Positions 30,377 to 41,803 of a stretch of 64,000 nt of DNA are shown here, piece after piece (the stretch's first letter is position 1; every line of letters starts with the position of its first letter). The stretch comes from an uncultured Bacillota bacterium. GTDB lineage: Bacteria; Bacillota; Dehalobacteriia; UBA4068. Made by a program: the position numbers and the translations under genes. The notes below the pieces were generated by a model. That model did no database searches and was not told the DNA's origin. It worked only from the letters and a program-made list of their open reading frames with translations. The stretch spans positions 9,818 to 73,817 of the forward strand of contig CAKQQU010000001.1 of assembly GCA_934271085.1 (NCBI GenBank). The letters run 5' to 3'.

Positions 30377-30612
30377 ACCTGCATGGGGATAAAGCAGTTG
30401 GAAGTGAGGAATAGCTTGCTATTTCTGCTGTTCCTGTTCCTGCTGTTGCTGGCACTGCTGATCCTGCTGCATGTTTTTGGCCTTATCAGTATTTTTCTTG
30501 ATCTGACCTCCAATACTTGTTTTATTGCGGCATTGCTAGTATGCCCCTGCCACAGTTGATTATTCGTGTTAAAAATGCTATTATTAAAAAAATTCCATTG
30601 GGAGGTGTAACC

Positions 30613-31044
30613 ATGGCTGTTAAACAAATTTCTGTTTTTATTGAAAACAGGCCGGGACGTTTGCTTAAAGTAACCCAGTGCCTGACTGAAAAAGGGGTCA
30701 ATATACATGCTCTTTCCGCTGCAGATACTGCAGATTTCGGCATACTCAGGCTGATAGTGGATAAATCAGATGTGGCTTATCAGGCTTTAAAAGAAGAGGG
30801 CTTTACCGTTTTGGAAAACGAGGTGCTGGTTATCAAAGTTGCGGATCGTCCAGGTGGCCTTAATGAGGCGCTGCAGGTTCTGGATGCCGCCGGTATCGGT
30901 GTGGATTATATTTATGCTTTTTATAACAGCGATAAGGCTACTGCCCTTAATATCATCAAGGTCGACGATATGGAAAAGGCTGTAACTGCCCTGGCTGCCG
31001 CAGGTATCCGTTTGCTGGATAATAAAGATTTTTGCGCCTGTTAG
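30613..31044 (+). CDS. tandem ACT-domain protein
   Basis: Two ACT-like repeats (ISVFIENRPGRLLKV..., LVIKVADRPGGLNEA...). RBS GGGAGGTG. 143 aa. Confidence 0.65.
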   Translation: MAVKQISVFIENRPGRLLKVTQCLTEKGVNIHALSAADTADFGILRLIVDKSDVAYQALKEEGFTVLENEVLVIKVADRPGGLNEALQVLDAAGIGVDYIYAFYNSDKATALNIIKVDDMEKAVTALAAAGIRLLDNKDFCAC

Positions 31045-31146
31045 TATTTTTTTGTTCTCGGGCTGAAAAGATTTTCAGAGAGCTGTTCTGCGAACGGCTC
31101 TCTTTTCATATATTGCCACAAAAGGGCAAAGAAAGGTCTGAGAATA

Positions 31147-31847
31147 TGAAAATATCCAAAATATTTTTTATCGCACTGATCTCTATTTCTATTTTACTTT
31201 TGGCCGGCTGCGGTTTGGTTGATAATCTGCAAAATTATAAAGACAGCGGCAGCGCAGAGGATATACCTGAGCCGGATAACGGGCAGACTATACAGCAGCA
31301 GGTGGAATTGACGGATCAGGATCAGCAGGGGCCTGTTGATGAAAAAGATACGGATGAGCAACCTACTGCCAGCAGCGGCGATATAACAGGCGATCCCAAA
31401 GGTGAAGACGGCAGTCAGAATGAGCAGCAAAAACCGGTGGTCGGTGATAATGAGCTGGAAGTTGTGCTTTATTTTATGAACAGCGACGGTTCCTCCCTGG
31501 AAGGGGAGACCAGAGTTATCCCCAAGCAGGAAGGTCTGGCCCGCGCTACCATTAATCAGCTTATAGCAGGTCCCAAAAGTGCTTCCCTTAGCCCGACATT
31601 GCCCTCTTCAGCCTCTCTGGAAGGTATTAATATAGCAAACGGCGTTTGTACAGTAGATTTTAATTCCTCGCTGCTGAATGATATGTCAGAGGATACGGAC
31701 GATCAACTGCTGGCTCTTTACAGCATAGTCAATACCCTTACCCAGTTCGATACCATTGATCAGGTAAAGATACTGGTAGGCGGCAGGACATTGGATACTC
31801 TGGGCGGGGTGGATGTTTCTTCTGCTCTTGCTCCCATGAAATTCTAA
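31147..31847 (+). CDS. GerMN-domain lipoprotein (spore germination/sporulation GerM-like)
   Basis: Lipobox LLLAGCG. Acidic linker. GerMN-like domain (LEVVLYFMNSDGSSLEGETRVIP...). Confidence 0.6.
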
Positions 31848-31867
31848 CTTGCTGCTATTATATACGG

Positions 31868-31908
31868 CAAAAAGCCCTTTCATAAAAAATATGAAAGGGC
31901 TTTTTTTT
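31868..31908. terminator. bidirectional terminator between GerMN lipoprotein gene and rdgB
   Basis: AAAGCCCTTTCAT-AAAAAAT-ATGAAAGGGCTTTTTTTT. Confidence 0.8.
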
Positions 31909-31936
31909 GACTGAATAAGGAAATATCATAGACTGT

Positions 31937-32545
31937 TTATATTTTTTTCAGCATAGCGGCAATTTTGCTCATGGCGCGTCCCCGATGGCTTATAGCGTTT
32001 TTTTCTTCGTCAGTAAGCTGCGCCATGGTTTTGGCCAGTTCCGGCAGGTAAAACAGGCTGTCATAGCCAAAGCCGTTTTCGCCGCATTCTAAATGAGCTA
32101 TCCTTCCGGGGCAGCGGCCTTCGATGAAAACCGCTTCTCCTTCCGGAGTTGCCAGGGCCGCGGTACATACAAAAGCTGCGGTGCGCTGATTATCGGGTAC
32201 ATCTTTCATGGCCGAAAGCAGTTTGGCCCGGTTGGCAGCATCGTCATGAGTATGGCCGTTTTTGTCCGCATAACGGGCGGAATGGATGCCGGGAGCGCCG
32301 TCCAGGGCGTCTACTGTAAGGCCGCTGTCATCCGCCAGGGTCAGCAGACCGCTCATGGAAGAGGCTGCCAAAGCCTTGATGGCGGCGTTTTCCGCAAAGG
32401 TTTCGCCGTTTTCCTCGGGAGCCTCATAATCCGGATAATCGTTGAGCGATACCAGTTCCCAGTTATCCAGGCCTGCTTCGGCCATTATTTTTTTTATTTC
32501 CTCCAGCTTATGCTGGTTGGTTGTGGCTATCAATAATCGCTTCAT
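31937..32545 (-). CDS. rdgB: non-canonical purine NTP pyrophosphatase (dITP/XTP pyrophosphatase, Ham1/RdgB)
   Basis: ATTNQHKLEE N-terminal motif, FGYD, EEKNAISHRGRA C-terminal motif. Confidence 0.85.
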   Translation of the reverse strand: MKRLLIATTNQHKLEEIKKIMAEAGLDNWELVSLNDYPDYEAPEENGETFAENAAIKALAASSMSGLLTLADDSGLTVDALDGAPGIHSARYADKNGHTHDDAANRAKLLSAMKDVPDNQRTAAFVCTAALATPEGEAVFIEGRCPGRIAHLECGENGFGYDSLFYLPELAKTMAQLTDEEKNAISHRGRAMSKIAAMLKKI

Positions 32546-32546
32546 T

Positions 32547-33494
32547 TTATTTCTTTTTTGCCAGTACCTGTTTGATGCGTGTGGCTACGTTTTCCGCATC
32601 CAGACCATAATGCTTAAGCAAGGCAGCAGGTGAGCCGCTTTGACCGAAGCAATCCTCAATGCCGCAGCGGGCAAAAGGAGCGTCGCTGTTGCCGGCCAGC
32701 GTTTCCGCTACAGCAGAGCCAAGGCCGCCGATAATACTGTGTTCTTCCAAAGTCATAGCAGCGCCGCAGCGGGCTGTCATATCCAAAATCAGATCGGTAT
32801 CCAGTGGTTTGATAGTATGTATATCGGCTACAGCCACGCTGATACCTTCCGCAGCCAGCAGTTCTGCGGCTTCCAGGGCAGTTGCTACCATCATACCGCA
32901 AGCGAAGACCACAATATCGCCGCCCATTCTGACTATTTCTCCCCGCTCCCATTTGAAAGCGGTATCTTCGGAATATATGATAGGCGCGGCCAATCGGCCA
33001 AGACGGAGGTAAACAGGTCCATCGTATTCGGCCGCCTGCTTTACCAGCCAATTGGTGCATACTGCATCGGAAGGAACCAAAACTGTCATATTGGGCAGGG
33101 CCCGCATTACGGCGATATCGGCAATAGCCTGATGGGTACCGCCATCCTCGCCTACGGTAAGACCGGCGTGAGAGCCGGCGATCTTTACATTAAGCCGGGG
33201 ATAGCAGACGCTGTTGCGGATCTGATCCAGAGCGCGGCCGGTAACGAATACGGCAAAGCTGCTGGCGAAAACAGTTTTGCCCATAGCTGCCATGCCCGCG
33301 GCAACACCAATCATATTGGCTTCCGCGATGCCTGCATTGAAAAAGCGCTCAGGGCAGACTTTGGCAAAAGCAGCGCTTTTGGTAGATTGGGACAGGTCTG
33401 CATCCATAACGATAAGGTCTTTTTTCTCGGCGGCCAGTTCTGCCAGTGCTTTGCCGTAGGCATCTCTGGTGGCCATGGCTTTGATCTCAGTCAT
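32547..33494 (-). CDS. transketolase, C-terminal (pyrimidine-binding) subunit
   Basis: Split-transketolase C-subunit sequence. Start is the ATG at 33494 after GGGAGGAT. Confidence 0.8.
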   Translation of the reverse strand: MTEIKAMATRDAYGKALAELAAEKKDLIVMDADLSQSTKSAAFAKVCPERFFNAGIAEANMIGVAAGMAAMGKTVFASSFAVFVTGRALDQIRNSVCYPRLNVKIAGSHAGLTVGEDGGTHQAIADIAVMRALPNMTVLVPSDAVCTNWLVKQAAEYDGPVYLRLGRLAAPIIYSEDTAFKWERGEIVRMGGDIVVFACGMMVATALEAAELLAAEGISVAVADIHTIKPLDTDLILDMTARCGAAMTLEEHSIIGGLGSAVAETLAGNSDAPFARCGIEDCFGQSGSPAALLKHYGLDAENVATRIKQVLAKKK

Positions 33495-33511
33495 TTTATT
33501 ATCCTCCCTGG

Positions 33512-34330
33512 CTAATCTTCCCAAAACAGCTCGGCAAGAGCTTGCTGAGCCTGTTCGCTGTTAGGGGCTACTCCATGCCATCCGGCCTGGTCTTCCATAA
33601 AACTGACGCCTTTACCCTTGACTGTCTCGGCAATTATCATGGTGGGTTTGCCCTGGATGCTGTGGGCTTCCCGGACGGCTGTACGTATCGCGGCAGTGTC
33701 ATGACCATCTATGCCGATAACATGCCAGCCAAAGGCCCGCCATTTGGCAGCTTCCGGTTCGGGGGACATAACGTCGGTGATACGGCCGTCTATCTGCAAA
33801 TGGTTATGATCCAGAAAAGCGGTAAGATTATCCAGCTTATAATGGGCAGCCAGCATGGCGGCCTCCCATACCTGGCCTTCCTGGGTTTCTCCATCTCCCA
33901 GCAGGGCATAGACCCGGTTCTTCAGGCCATCCATTTTGGATACCATAGCCATACCGCAGGCGGCGGAGATTCCCTGTCCCAGGGAACCGGTGGACATATC
34001 TATACCGGGAAGCTTATGCATATCGGGATGTCCCTGCAGTCTGCTGCCCAGCTTGCGCAGATCAGCCAGTTCCTCCACCGGGAAGAAGCCTTTAAGAGCC
34101 AGAGCAGCGTAAAGAGCAGGTGCTGCATGGCCTTTGCTCAGCACAAAGCGATCCCGGTCATATTTTCCGGGATCATCGGGATCCACATTAAGTATGTCAT
34201 TGTAAAGTACGGCGATAATATCTGCGGCCGAAAGGGAGCCGCCCGGGTGACCGCTGCCTGCAGCCGCGATCATTTTGATGATTTCCCGCCTGATTTGGAC
34301 GGCAAATCTGTCGGTATCAGCAAAATTCAT
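33512..34330 (-). CDS. transketolase, N-terminal (thiamine diphosphate-binding) subunit
   Basis: [17 protein letters not shown]-binding motifs. Confidence 0.8.
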   Translation of the reverse strand: MNFADTDRFAVQIRREIIKMIAAAGSGHPGGSLSAADIIAVLYNDILNVDPDDPGKYDRDRFVLSKGHAAPALYAALALKGFFPVEELADLRKLGSRLQGHPDMHKLPGIDMSTGSLGQGISAACGMAMVSKMDGLKNRVYALLGDGETQEGQVWEAAMLAAHYKLDNLTAFLDHNHLQIDGRITDVMSPEPEAAKWRAFGWHVIGIDGHDTAAIRTAVREAHSIQGKPTMIIAETVKGKGVSFMEDQAGWHGVAPNSEQAQQALAELFWED

Positions 34331-34375
34331 GTTGTTCTCCTCCTCATTATTGATAAATACCTGTTATTCAAGAGT

Positions 34376-35474
34376 TTAGTCTTTTGAGGCATATTGGCGA
34401 AGATAAGCGGCGATAAATCCATCCAGATCTCCATCCATCACTGCATCTGTATTGCCCATTTCATAACCGGTACGGTGATCTTTTACCAGCCGGTAGGGCT
34501 GGAATACATAGGAGCGTATCTGACTGCCCCAGCCTATATCCTGCTGCTCGCCTCTGAGAGCCGCCATCTCCGCTTCCCGTTCCCGGATCTTTTTATCCAG
34601 AAGCTTAGCCTTGAGAAGCTGCATGGCTCTGTCCTTGTTGGCGAACTGACTGCGCTCATCCTGGCATTGCACCACTATGCCGGTGGGTATATGGGTAATG
34701 CGCACTGCCGAATCTGTTTTGTTAAGATGCTGACCTCCCTTGCCGGAGCTGCGGTAGGTATCAATGCGCATTTCTTCTGCAGGTATTACTATTTCATTAT
34801 CATCCGCCACCTGGGGAAGAACGTCTACCGAAGCAAAGGAGGTGTGTCTGCGTCCCTGGGCGTCAAAGGGTGATATGCGTACCAGACGATGCACGCCCCG
34901 CTCGCTTTTAAGATAGCCGTAGGCATTGGCTCCGGTTACCGACAGGGTGGCTGATTTCATTCCTCCCTCGTCCGCAGGCAGGCAGTCTATCAGCTCAGCC
35001 TTGTAATGATGCCGCTCCGCCCAGCGTGTAAACATACGCAGCAGCATTTCAGCCCAATCCTGGGCTTCCAGCCCGCCTGCTCCCGCATGGATGGCAAGTA
35101 TGGCGTCGTGGCTGTCGTATTCGCCGGATAGCATCTGGGAAAGCTCCAGCTCCTCCAGGAGCTTTTCAAAGGCGGCTGCGGCATGTTCAGCCTCTTTAAG
35201 AAAGCTGTCATCCTCCAGCGCCAGCTCTAAGGCTGCCTCTGCTTCGTCGCAGGCATTCCGGGCATTCTCATAGCTTTTGACAACTTCCCGGCGGCGGTTC
35301 AGCTTATCCACAAGGGCCTGAGCAGCTTCCCTGTCATCCCAAAAGCCGGCAGCACAGGTCTGCTCTTCCATTTTATTAATGGCTTCCTGCTTGGCCTCGA
35401 TGTCAAAGAGACCTCCTGAGTGCGTCAAGACGTTTTTGCCCCTCCTGAATCAGAGGGCGGATATCTTCTATCAT
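34376..35474 (-). CDS. prfB: peptide chain release factor 2, with programmed +1 ribosomal frameshift
   Basis: Frame 0 reads ATG(35474) MIEDIRPLIQEGQKRLDALRRSL then TGA. The site AGGAGG-TCT-CTT-TGA-C at ~35405 is the canonical RF2 shift site. The +1 frame continues DIEAKQEA...SPF...GGQ to 34376. Confidence 0.9.
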
Positions 35475-35497
35475 ATATCCTCCTTAAAATTATGGTC

Positions 35498-38152
35498 TTA
35501 TTGGTTTCTGCCGCAGCAGTTTTTGTATTTTTTGCCACTGCCGCAGGGGCAGGGATCATTACGGCCCACTTTTTCCGCAGCGGTTTTGCGCACCGGCTGC
35601 TTTTTGGCAGGCGGGCCGCCGTGACTGGAGGTAATGTTCTGTCTTTCCTGAGGACGCTCCACCAGCTCGGCTATCATGCACATTCTGGTGACTTCCAACT
35701 GAATATCCTTGATCAGGGATTCGAACATGGCAAATGCTTCCTGCTTATAGGCGATCAGCGGATTGACCTGGCCGTAGGCCCGTAATCCTATGCCCTGACG
35801 AAGCTGATCCATAGCGTCGAGATGATCCATCCAGTTACGATCCACTACCTGCAGGACCACAGCATGCTCCAGAATGTTCAGTTTGTCTGCGCCCATATCT
35901 TCTGCCCTTTGGGCATAATAGGCATGAGCCCTTTCCCTGAACAGCTCGGTTACCTCATCCCTGGTAATAGCTTTAAGTTCATCCTCGCTGGGCATACCCA
36001 CCGGCAGATAAGCGGCCATATCCTGCAGCAGGGCAGGAAGATCCCATTCTTCGGGATACTGGCTTACCCCGGAATAACGGCCTACAATCTCTTCCATGGC
36101 GGCGTCCATCATGGCCAGTACGCTTTCGTGAATGTCATCTTCGAAGAGGGCTTTACGCCGCTCGGAGTAGATCAGCTCTCGCTGGGCATTCATTACGTCG
36201 TCGTAATCCAGAACAGTTTTACGGGCATCAAAGTTGCGCTCTTCCACCCGCTTCTGGGCTGTTTCGATACTACGGCTGACCAAAGCGGAATTGATGGGCA
36301 TGGAATCGTCCATACCTATTCTGTCCATGATATGGCTAAGATTATCTCCGCCAAACCGCTTCATCAAATCATCTTCCATGGAAAGATAAAAGCGGGTGCT
36401 GCCAGGATCGCCCTGACGGCCTGCACGGCCCCGCAGCTGATTATCGATACGCCGGGATTCGTGGCGCTCTGTACCAATGATATGCAGGCCGCCCAACTCT
36501 ACTACCCGGTCATGCTCCTGCTGGGTGCTGGTCTTGTATTCCTCTATCAGCGCCAGGCGTTCCTGGTCGTCATATTCCTTGCCCTTGAGCTTATCCTCGG
36601 CTATTTTGACCATAGCCAGCGCCTCGCCGTTGCCGCCCAACACGATATCAGTACCGCGGCCTGCCATATTGGTGGATATGGTGACAGCTCCTTCCCGGCC
36701 GGCTTGGGCGATTATGGCTGCTTCTTTTTCGTGATACTTGGCATTCAGCACCTGATGGGGTATGCCCCGGCGGCTGAGCATTTTGCTTAGCTGCTCGGAT
36801 TTTTCGATGCTGATGGTGCCTACCAGTACCGGACGGCCCTTGGCGTGTTCTTCTGCCAGCTCGTCAAGAAGGGCATTGAATTTTCCCTGCTCTGTGTGGT
36901 AGACTATGTCCGGATTATCTATTCTGGCCATAGGCTTGTTGGTGGGTATGACTACCACATCAAAATGATATATCTTGCGGAATTCTTCTTCTTCGGTACT
37001 GGCGGTACCGGTCATACCGGCCAGTTTTTCGTACATACGGAAATAGTTCTGGAAGGTGATGGTGGCCAGAGTCTGGTTTTCCCGCTCTATCTTCACATGT
37101 TCTTTGGCTTCAATGGCCTGATGCAGACCATCGCTGTAACGCCGGCCGAACATCAGGCGGCCGGTGAATTCGTCAACGATGATGACCTGGCCGTCCTTGA
37201 CCACATAATCCTTATCCCGCTTGAAGATGAACTGGGCTTTAAGCGCTTGATTGATGTAATGGGAAAGCTCGGTATTTTTGGGATCGTACAGGTTTTCGAT
37301 GCCCAGCGCCTGCTCCACCTTTGCCACGCCTTCTTCGGTAAGGGCGCATTGGCGGGTCTTCAGATCGATGGTAAAATCGCCGTGACATTCTTCATCATCC
37401 GGATCCACTTTTTCTTTGAGCCGGGGTACGATAGTAGCTGCCTTGGCATACATATCAGAGCTTTTGGCCGAGGGGCCGGAAATGATAAGCGGAGTCCGGG
37501 CTTCATCGATAAGGATGCTGTCTACTTCGTCCACGATGGCATAGTAAAGGGGGCGCTGCACCATGTTTTCTTTGCGAAAGCACATATTGTCCCGCAGATA
37601 GTCAAAGCCAAACTCATTATTGGTGCCATAGGTGATATCAGCCGCATAGGCCTGTTTTTTGGCTGCAGGCTCCATGCCGTGAATGACCAGGCCGACTGTA
37701 AGCCCCAAAAATTTATATATCCTGCCCATCCATTCACTGTCGCGGCTGGCCAAATAATCATTGACGGTAATAACATGTACGCCTTTGCCGAACAGGGCAT
37801 GAAGATAAGCAGGGCAGGTGGCTACCAGAGTTTTACCTTCACCGGTCTTCATCTCCGCGATACGGCCGTCGGCCAGCACCATGCCGCCGATAAGCTGTAC
37901 GTCAAAGTGGCGCATCCCCAGTACCCTGCGGCTGGCTTCCCGCACAACTGCAAAAGCCTCTACCAGCAGATCCTGGGGCTTCAGCTCCGGATCAGCGGCA
38001 ATGCGCTGCCTGAATTCGGCAGTTTTGGCCTGCAGCTCTTCATCGGAAAGAGCAGCTATGGAAGGCTCCAGAGCATTTATCTGCTCCACTATTTTACTGT
38101 ATTTTTTGATATCTTTGGCATTGTCATCAAAGAGGTTGCTGAAAAAGCCCAT
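35498..38152 (-). CDS. secA: preprotein translocase ATPase SecA
   Basis: 884 aa; DEAD-like motor domains; C-terminal zinc finger [25 protein letters not shown]. Confidence 0.95.
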   Translation of the reverse strand: MGFFSNLFDDNAKDIKKYSKIVEQINALEPSIAALSDEELQAKTAEFRQRIAADPELKPQDLLVEAFAVVREASRRVLGMRHFDVQLIGGMVLADGRIAEMKTGEGKTLVATCPAYLHALFGKGVHVITVNDYLASRDSEWMGRIYKFLGLTVGLVIHGMEPAAKKQAYAADITYGTNNEFGFDYLRDNMCFRKENMVQRPLYYAIVDEVDSILIDEARTPLIISGPSAKSSDMYAKAATIVPRLKEKVDPDDEECHGDFTIDLKTRQCALTEEGVAKVEQALGIENLYDPKNTELSHYINQALKAQFIFKRDKDYVVKDGQVIIVDEFTGRLMFGRRYSDGLHQAIEAKEHVKIERENQTLATITFQNYFRMYEKLAGMTGTASTEEEEFRKIYHFDVVVIPTNKPMARIDNPDIVYHTEQGKFNALLDELAEEHAKGRPVLVGTISIEKSEQLSKMLSRRGIPHQVLNAKYHEKEAAIIAQAGREGAVTISTNMAGRGTDIVLGGNGEALAMVKIAEDKLKGKEYDDQERLALIEEYKTSTQQEHDRVVELGGLHIIGTERHESRRIDNQLRGRAGRQGDPGSTRFYLSMEDDLMKRFGGDNLSHIMDRIGMDDSMPINSALVSRSIETAQKRVEERNFDARKTVLDYDDVMNAQRELIYSERRKALFEDDIHESVLAMMDAAMEEIVGRYSGVSQYPEEWDLPALLQDMAAYLPVGMPSEDELKAITRDEVTELFRERAHAYYAQRAEDMGADKLNILEHAVVLQVVDRNWMDHLDAMDQLRQGIGLRAYGQVNPLIAYKQEAFAMFESLIKDIQLEVTRMCMIAELVERPQERQNITSSHGGPPAKKQPVRKTAAEKVGRNDPCPCGSGKKYKNCCGRNQ

Positions 38153-38299
38153 ATATTTCCTCCATAATATGTTTATATGTATTTTTACTTTATGACAATC
38201 GGACTTATCAATTAATTATACCATCCCCGGGACTAAAGTCAAATAGCTGCCAGGTGATGAAATGCTGATTTATTGGCGAAATGTGATGTAAGCTGATAT

Positions 38300-38340
38300 T
38301 ATATATAAAAAGACCGCCGGGAGTTTCCTGCGGTCTTTCA
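38300..38340 (-). terminator. rho-independent terminator after amino-acid ABC transporter operon
   Basis: On the minus strand AGACCGCAGGAAACTCCCGGCGGTCT is followed by TTTTATATAT. Confidence 0.7.
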
Positions 38341-38381
38341 TTTCTTTCAATATGAAGCAGTATCGGTATCCTGTCTTTGGA

Positions 38382-39155
38382 TCAGAGCATTTTGTCCAGA
38401 AAAGCTTTGACCCGGGGATGTGCCTGATTGTCAAAAAACTCTTTTGGCGGACAGTTGACTACGATATTCTTGCCGTCGATGAAGATGACCCGATCCGCTA
38501 TTTCCCGGGCAAAGGCCATCTCATGGGTAACTACCACCATGGTCATATGCTCTTCGGCCAGCTTAAGAATAACTTCCAGCACCTCGCCCACCAGTTCCGG
38601 GTCAAGGGCGGAGGTAGGTTCGTCAAAAAGCATCACATCAGGCCCCATAGCCAGTGCGCGGGCAATGGCTACCCGTTGTTTTTGGCCGCCGGACAGCTTG
38701 GAGGGATAAGCATCGGCCTTATCTGCCAGACCTACTCTGGCCAGCTGGGACATGGCTATTTCTCTGGCTTCCGGCTTTTTTAGTTTTTTTACGGTGAGCA
38801 GGGCTTCCATTACATTACCCACGGCTGTGCGGTGGGGAAAGAGATTAAAGTTCTGAAAGACCATGCCGGTCTTGCCCAGCACCCTTTTGATATCAGCCTT
38901 GTCTGCCAGAGGATACTCCGGCATACCTTTGGATTCGATAGTTATGCCTTCGATACGGATAGCGCCCTGATCGATCTTTTCCAGCTTGTTGATACAGCGC
39001 AGCAGGGTGCTTTTGCCTGATCCGGAAGGGCCTATGACCGAGATGACCTCACCCTTATATACATCCAGATTAACTCCATCCAGCACCTGCACATCACCGA
39101 AGGATTTATGGATATTCAGCATCTGTATCATTGGTGTATTGTTGACATTATTCAT
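38382..39155 (-). CDS. polar amino acid ABC transporter ATP-binding protein (GlnQ-like)
   Basis: Walker [18 protein letters not shown] signature, Walker [11 protein letters not shown]. Confidence 0.9.
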   Translation of the reverse strand: MNNVNNTPMIQMLNIHKSFGDVQVLDGVNLDVYKGEVISVIGPSGSGKSTLLRCINKLEKIDQGAIRIEGITIESKGMPEYPLADKADIKRVLGKTGMVFQNFNLFPHRTAVGNVMEALLTVKKLKKPEAREIAMSQLARVGLADKADAYPSKLSGGQKQRVAIARALAMGPDVMLFDEPTSALDPELVGEVLEVILKLAEEHMTMVVVTHEMAFAREIADRVIFIDGKNIVVNCPPKEFFDNQAHPRVKAFLDKML

Positions 39156-39177
39156 GTGTTTACCTCGTTAAGGTTGC

Positions 39178-39828
39178 TTATGCGCGGGCTTTGGCCCTTT
39201 TTTCCAGTCTGGAGAAGATGAACACCAGAATGGAGGCAAAAAGCAGGTAGAAGAAGAGAGCTATTACAAAAGCGTCTGCTCGGGCGCTTTTGATGGCCAG
39301 ATTTTTTGCTGCCCGCAGCAGGTCAAATTTGGCTATAGCCGTGACAAGAGATGTATCTTTAAACAGAATGATAGCCTCTGAACAGGTGGGAGGCAGCACT
39401 TTGCGTATGGTTTGGGGTATCACTACCCGCAGCATGGTCTGCCGAAAATTCATACCCAAAGCCTGACAGGCTTCATACTGGCCTTTTTCAATGCTGATAA
39501 GTCCGCCCCGCACTACTTCTGTTTCATAGGCGGTAGCGGAAAGAATGAATATGGTAAAAATTACGGTATCCGGTTCCAGTATTATCCCCAGCTCCGGCAA
39601 TCCGTAATAAGCCAGGCAAAGCTGGAGCAGCATGGGGGAACCCCTGAATACCCAGGTGTAAAAATTAAGTATAGCTTTAGCCCAGCGGGGGCCAAAGGTT
39701 TTGATGATGGCAAAGATGATGGAAAGAGGAAAGCCCACCACCGCCACTATGCAGAAAAGTTTAACCGAGAAAGCCAGACCGTTTAAAAGGTAGGGCACGG
39801 AATCGATCGCATAGGTCAAAAAATCCAC
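39178..39828 (-). CDS. amino acid ABC transporter permease (His/Glu/Gln/Arg/opine family)
   Basis: EAA-loop-containing permease, 216 aa. Confidence 0.85.
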   Translation of the reverse strand: MDFLTYAIDSVPYLLNGLAFSVKLFCIVAVVGFPLSIIFAIIKTFGPRWAKAILNFYTWVFRGSPMLLQLCLAYYGLPELGIILEPDTVIFTIFILSATAYETEVVRGGLISIEKGQYEACQALGMNFRQTMLRVVIPQTIRKVLPPTCSEAIILFKDTSLVTAIAKFDLLRAAKNLAIKSARADAFVIALFFYLLFASILVFIFSRLEKRAKARA

Positions 39829-39843
39829 GGCATGTCCTCCTTT

Positions 39844-40485
39844 TTAATCGTAGGCTGTGAAGCGCTTTTCCAGGCGGCCGAAAAGATATACCATCAGGCT
39901 GGTGAGCCCCAGATAAATTATAAAAACTATCAGATAGGCTGTGAGCATATGATCCCTGCTGACTATCTGGTTGGCTACCCGCACCATATCCTGCATGCCT
40001 ATAACACAGATAAGCGCTGTATCCTTAATAAGGTTGATGGCTTCCGAGCAGGCGGGGGGAAGAGCTATGCGGATGGATTGGGGCAGGATTATCCGGAGCA
40101 TTGTTTTGTGGTAGGGAATGCCCAGGGCTTTGCAGGCCTCATACTGGCCCTTATCTACGGATTCAATGGCGGCGCGCATGATCTCGGTGATATACGCAGC
40201 CATATTGAGGGTAAATACGCCTACAACTGCCCAGTATACAGGGATCTGTATGCCCATGAGGGGAAATCCGAATTTTGCAATGAAAAGCTGCAGCAGCAAA
40301 GGGGTCCCGCGCCATCCCCAGGTATAGATATTAAGAAGCCAGCGAAGCGGCTTTGGTCCCATAACTTTGCAGACAGCAAAAAAAATACCCAAGGGCAACA
40401 CGGGCAAAATGGCTAGAAAATACATTTTAAGAGTATTAACCATGCCTACCCATATCTGAGGCATGATAGAGATAGCATAATCCAT
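39844..40485 (-). CDS. amino acid ABC transporter permease (second TMD)
   Basis: Paralogous permease, 213 aa. Confidence 0.85.
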   Translation of the reverse strand: MDYAISIMPQIWVGMVNTLKMYFLAILPVLPLGIFFAVCKVMGPKPLRWLLNIYTWGWRGTPLLLQLFIAKFGFPLMGIQIPVYWAVVGVFTLNMAAYITEIMRAAIESVDKGQYEACKALGIPYHKTMLRIILPQSIRIALPPACSEAINLIKDTALICVIGMQDMVRVANQIVSRDHMLTAYLIVFIIYLGLTSLMVYLFGRLEKRFTAYD

Positions 40486-40613
40486 ATGAAAATCCCTGAA
40501 AGTTGTGCTCCCGGCTTTTTATAAACCGAAAAAATCAGTTAATTCTGCGCCGGCCTGAAAAAAGACCGGCGCAGAATTACATTTGAACGTAAGAGATATT
40601 TTCCTTATAGGTT

Positions 40614-41462
40614 TTAAAGCAATATATCCTCACCGAACCATTTTTCGCTGATCTCAGCAGCCTTGCCGCTTTCTTTCAGAGCTTTAATGGCTTCGTTGAG
40701 CTTATCGGTGAAGGTGTCGTCTGCCTGGCGGACGCCGATGGCATAGAGCTCTTCGCCAAAGTTTTCTTCCAGAGCTTTATAGGCGGTGGGGTTTTTAACA
40801 TTGAAATCGCCGTAGAAAACGATGCTGTCAATAACAACTGCGTCAACCCGGTCATTGTCCAGATCCATCATAGCGTTGACGAAGGTATCATATTCTTTCA
40901 GTTCGCCAAAAGAATCCATAACTTCCGGTTCGGTTTCCAGAGCGCTAATGCTGGAGCTGGCCATCTGGGTGCCTACGATTTTGCCTGCCAGATCAGCCTT
41001 GGTGTTGATATCGCTGTCGGCTTTGGTAACGATGATCTGGGTGCTGGCTACGTAAGGATCGGTGAAATCCATGACTTTGGCCCGGTCTTCGGTGATGGAA
41101 AGGCCGTTCCAGATGCAGTCTATCTCATTGGTGTTCAGGCTCATTTCCACAGTGGACCAGTCAACAGGCTGGAGTTTTACTTCGATGCCGTAATACTCGG
41201 CTACAGCACTGGCCAGATCGATATCAAAACCGACTATCTCATTGTTTTCATCACGGAAGCCCATGGGCGGGAAAGCGTCATCCAGACCAAGGATGAAATA
41301 ACCTTTTGCTACGATATCATCCCAGGAAGTGTCAGCGGCGGTATTGCCTTCTTCGTTATTGCCGGTCTCGCCGTTATCTGCAGAATCCTCAGCGCCGCAT
41401 CCGGTAGCTACCAGTGCAAAGGCCATAAGCATGATAGCCAATAATAACCATATCTTTTTCAT
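40614..41462 (-). CDS. amino acid ABC transporter substrate-binding lipoprotein (family 3 SBP)
   Basis: Lipobox LVATGCG. Periplasmic-binding-protein type II fold sequence. A 13-bp perfect inverted repeat (AATTCTGCGCCGG...CCGGCGCAGAATT) lies between this gene and the permeases. Confidence 0.85.
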   Translation of the reverse strand: MKKIWLLLAIMLMAFALVATGCGAEDSADNGETGNNEEGNTAADTSWDDIVAKGYFILGLDDAFPPMGFRDENNEIVGFDIDLASAVAEYYGIEVKLQPVDWSTVEMSLNTNEIDCIWNGLSITEDRAKVMDFTDPYVASTQIIVTKADSDINTKADLAGKIVGTQMASSSISALETEPEVMDSFGELKEYDTFVNAMMDLDNDRVDAVVIDSIVFYGDFNVKNPTAYKALEENFGEELYAIGVRQADDTFTDKLNEAIKALKESGKAAEISEKWFGEDILL

Positions 41463-41803
41463 TTTCTTTTATCCCTCCGAATAGTGTTTTGCGGATCAAA
41501 GGGCATAAAATCCTTTTGATCAATATCTCTGATAAATTATATCTCTAATGTACTAAAAAGTCAAGGATTTTGAGGCCATTGTATTTTTTGGCGAAAAAAG
41601 GAAAAATTTGTCGGAAGATGCAGCTAAAACAGTTCATTTTTTGTCATTTATGGGTATAAATAATGGGGGTTCCTGAAAAAATAATAATGATTTGCTTAAA
41701 AATCATTTTTCCTGCATCTGAAAAAATAAAGTCATATTCAGGATAACCTAAAGCAAAATTAATAAAGGTTGATCTGTGCGAACCTTGATTTGGAGGATAT
41801 TTT

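Noticed and set aside
30381-30559. 58-codon Leu-rich hydrophobic ORF (MGIKQLEVRNSLLFLLFLFLLLLALLILL...) made of CTG-rich repeats between the hydrolase terminator and the ACT-domain gene
   Set aside because: No Shine-Dalgarno, the repeat looks like low-complexity DNA, and the opposite strand reads poly-Gln. Possibly a small membrane peptide, but unsupported.
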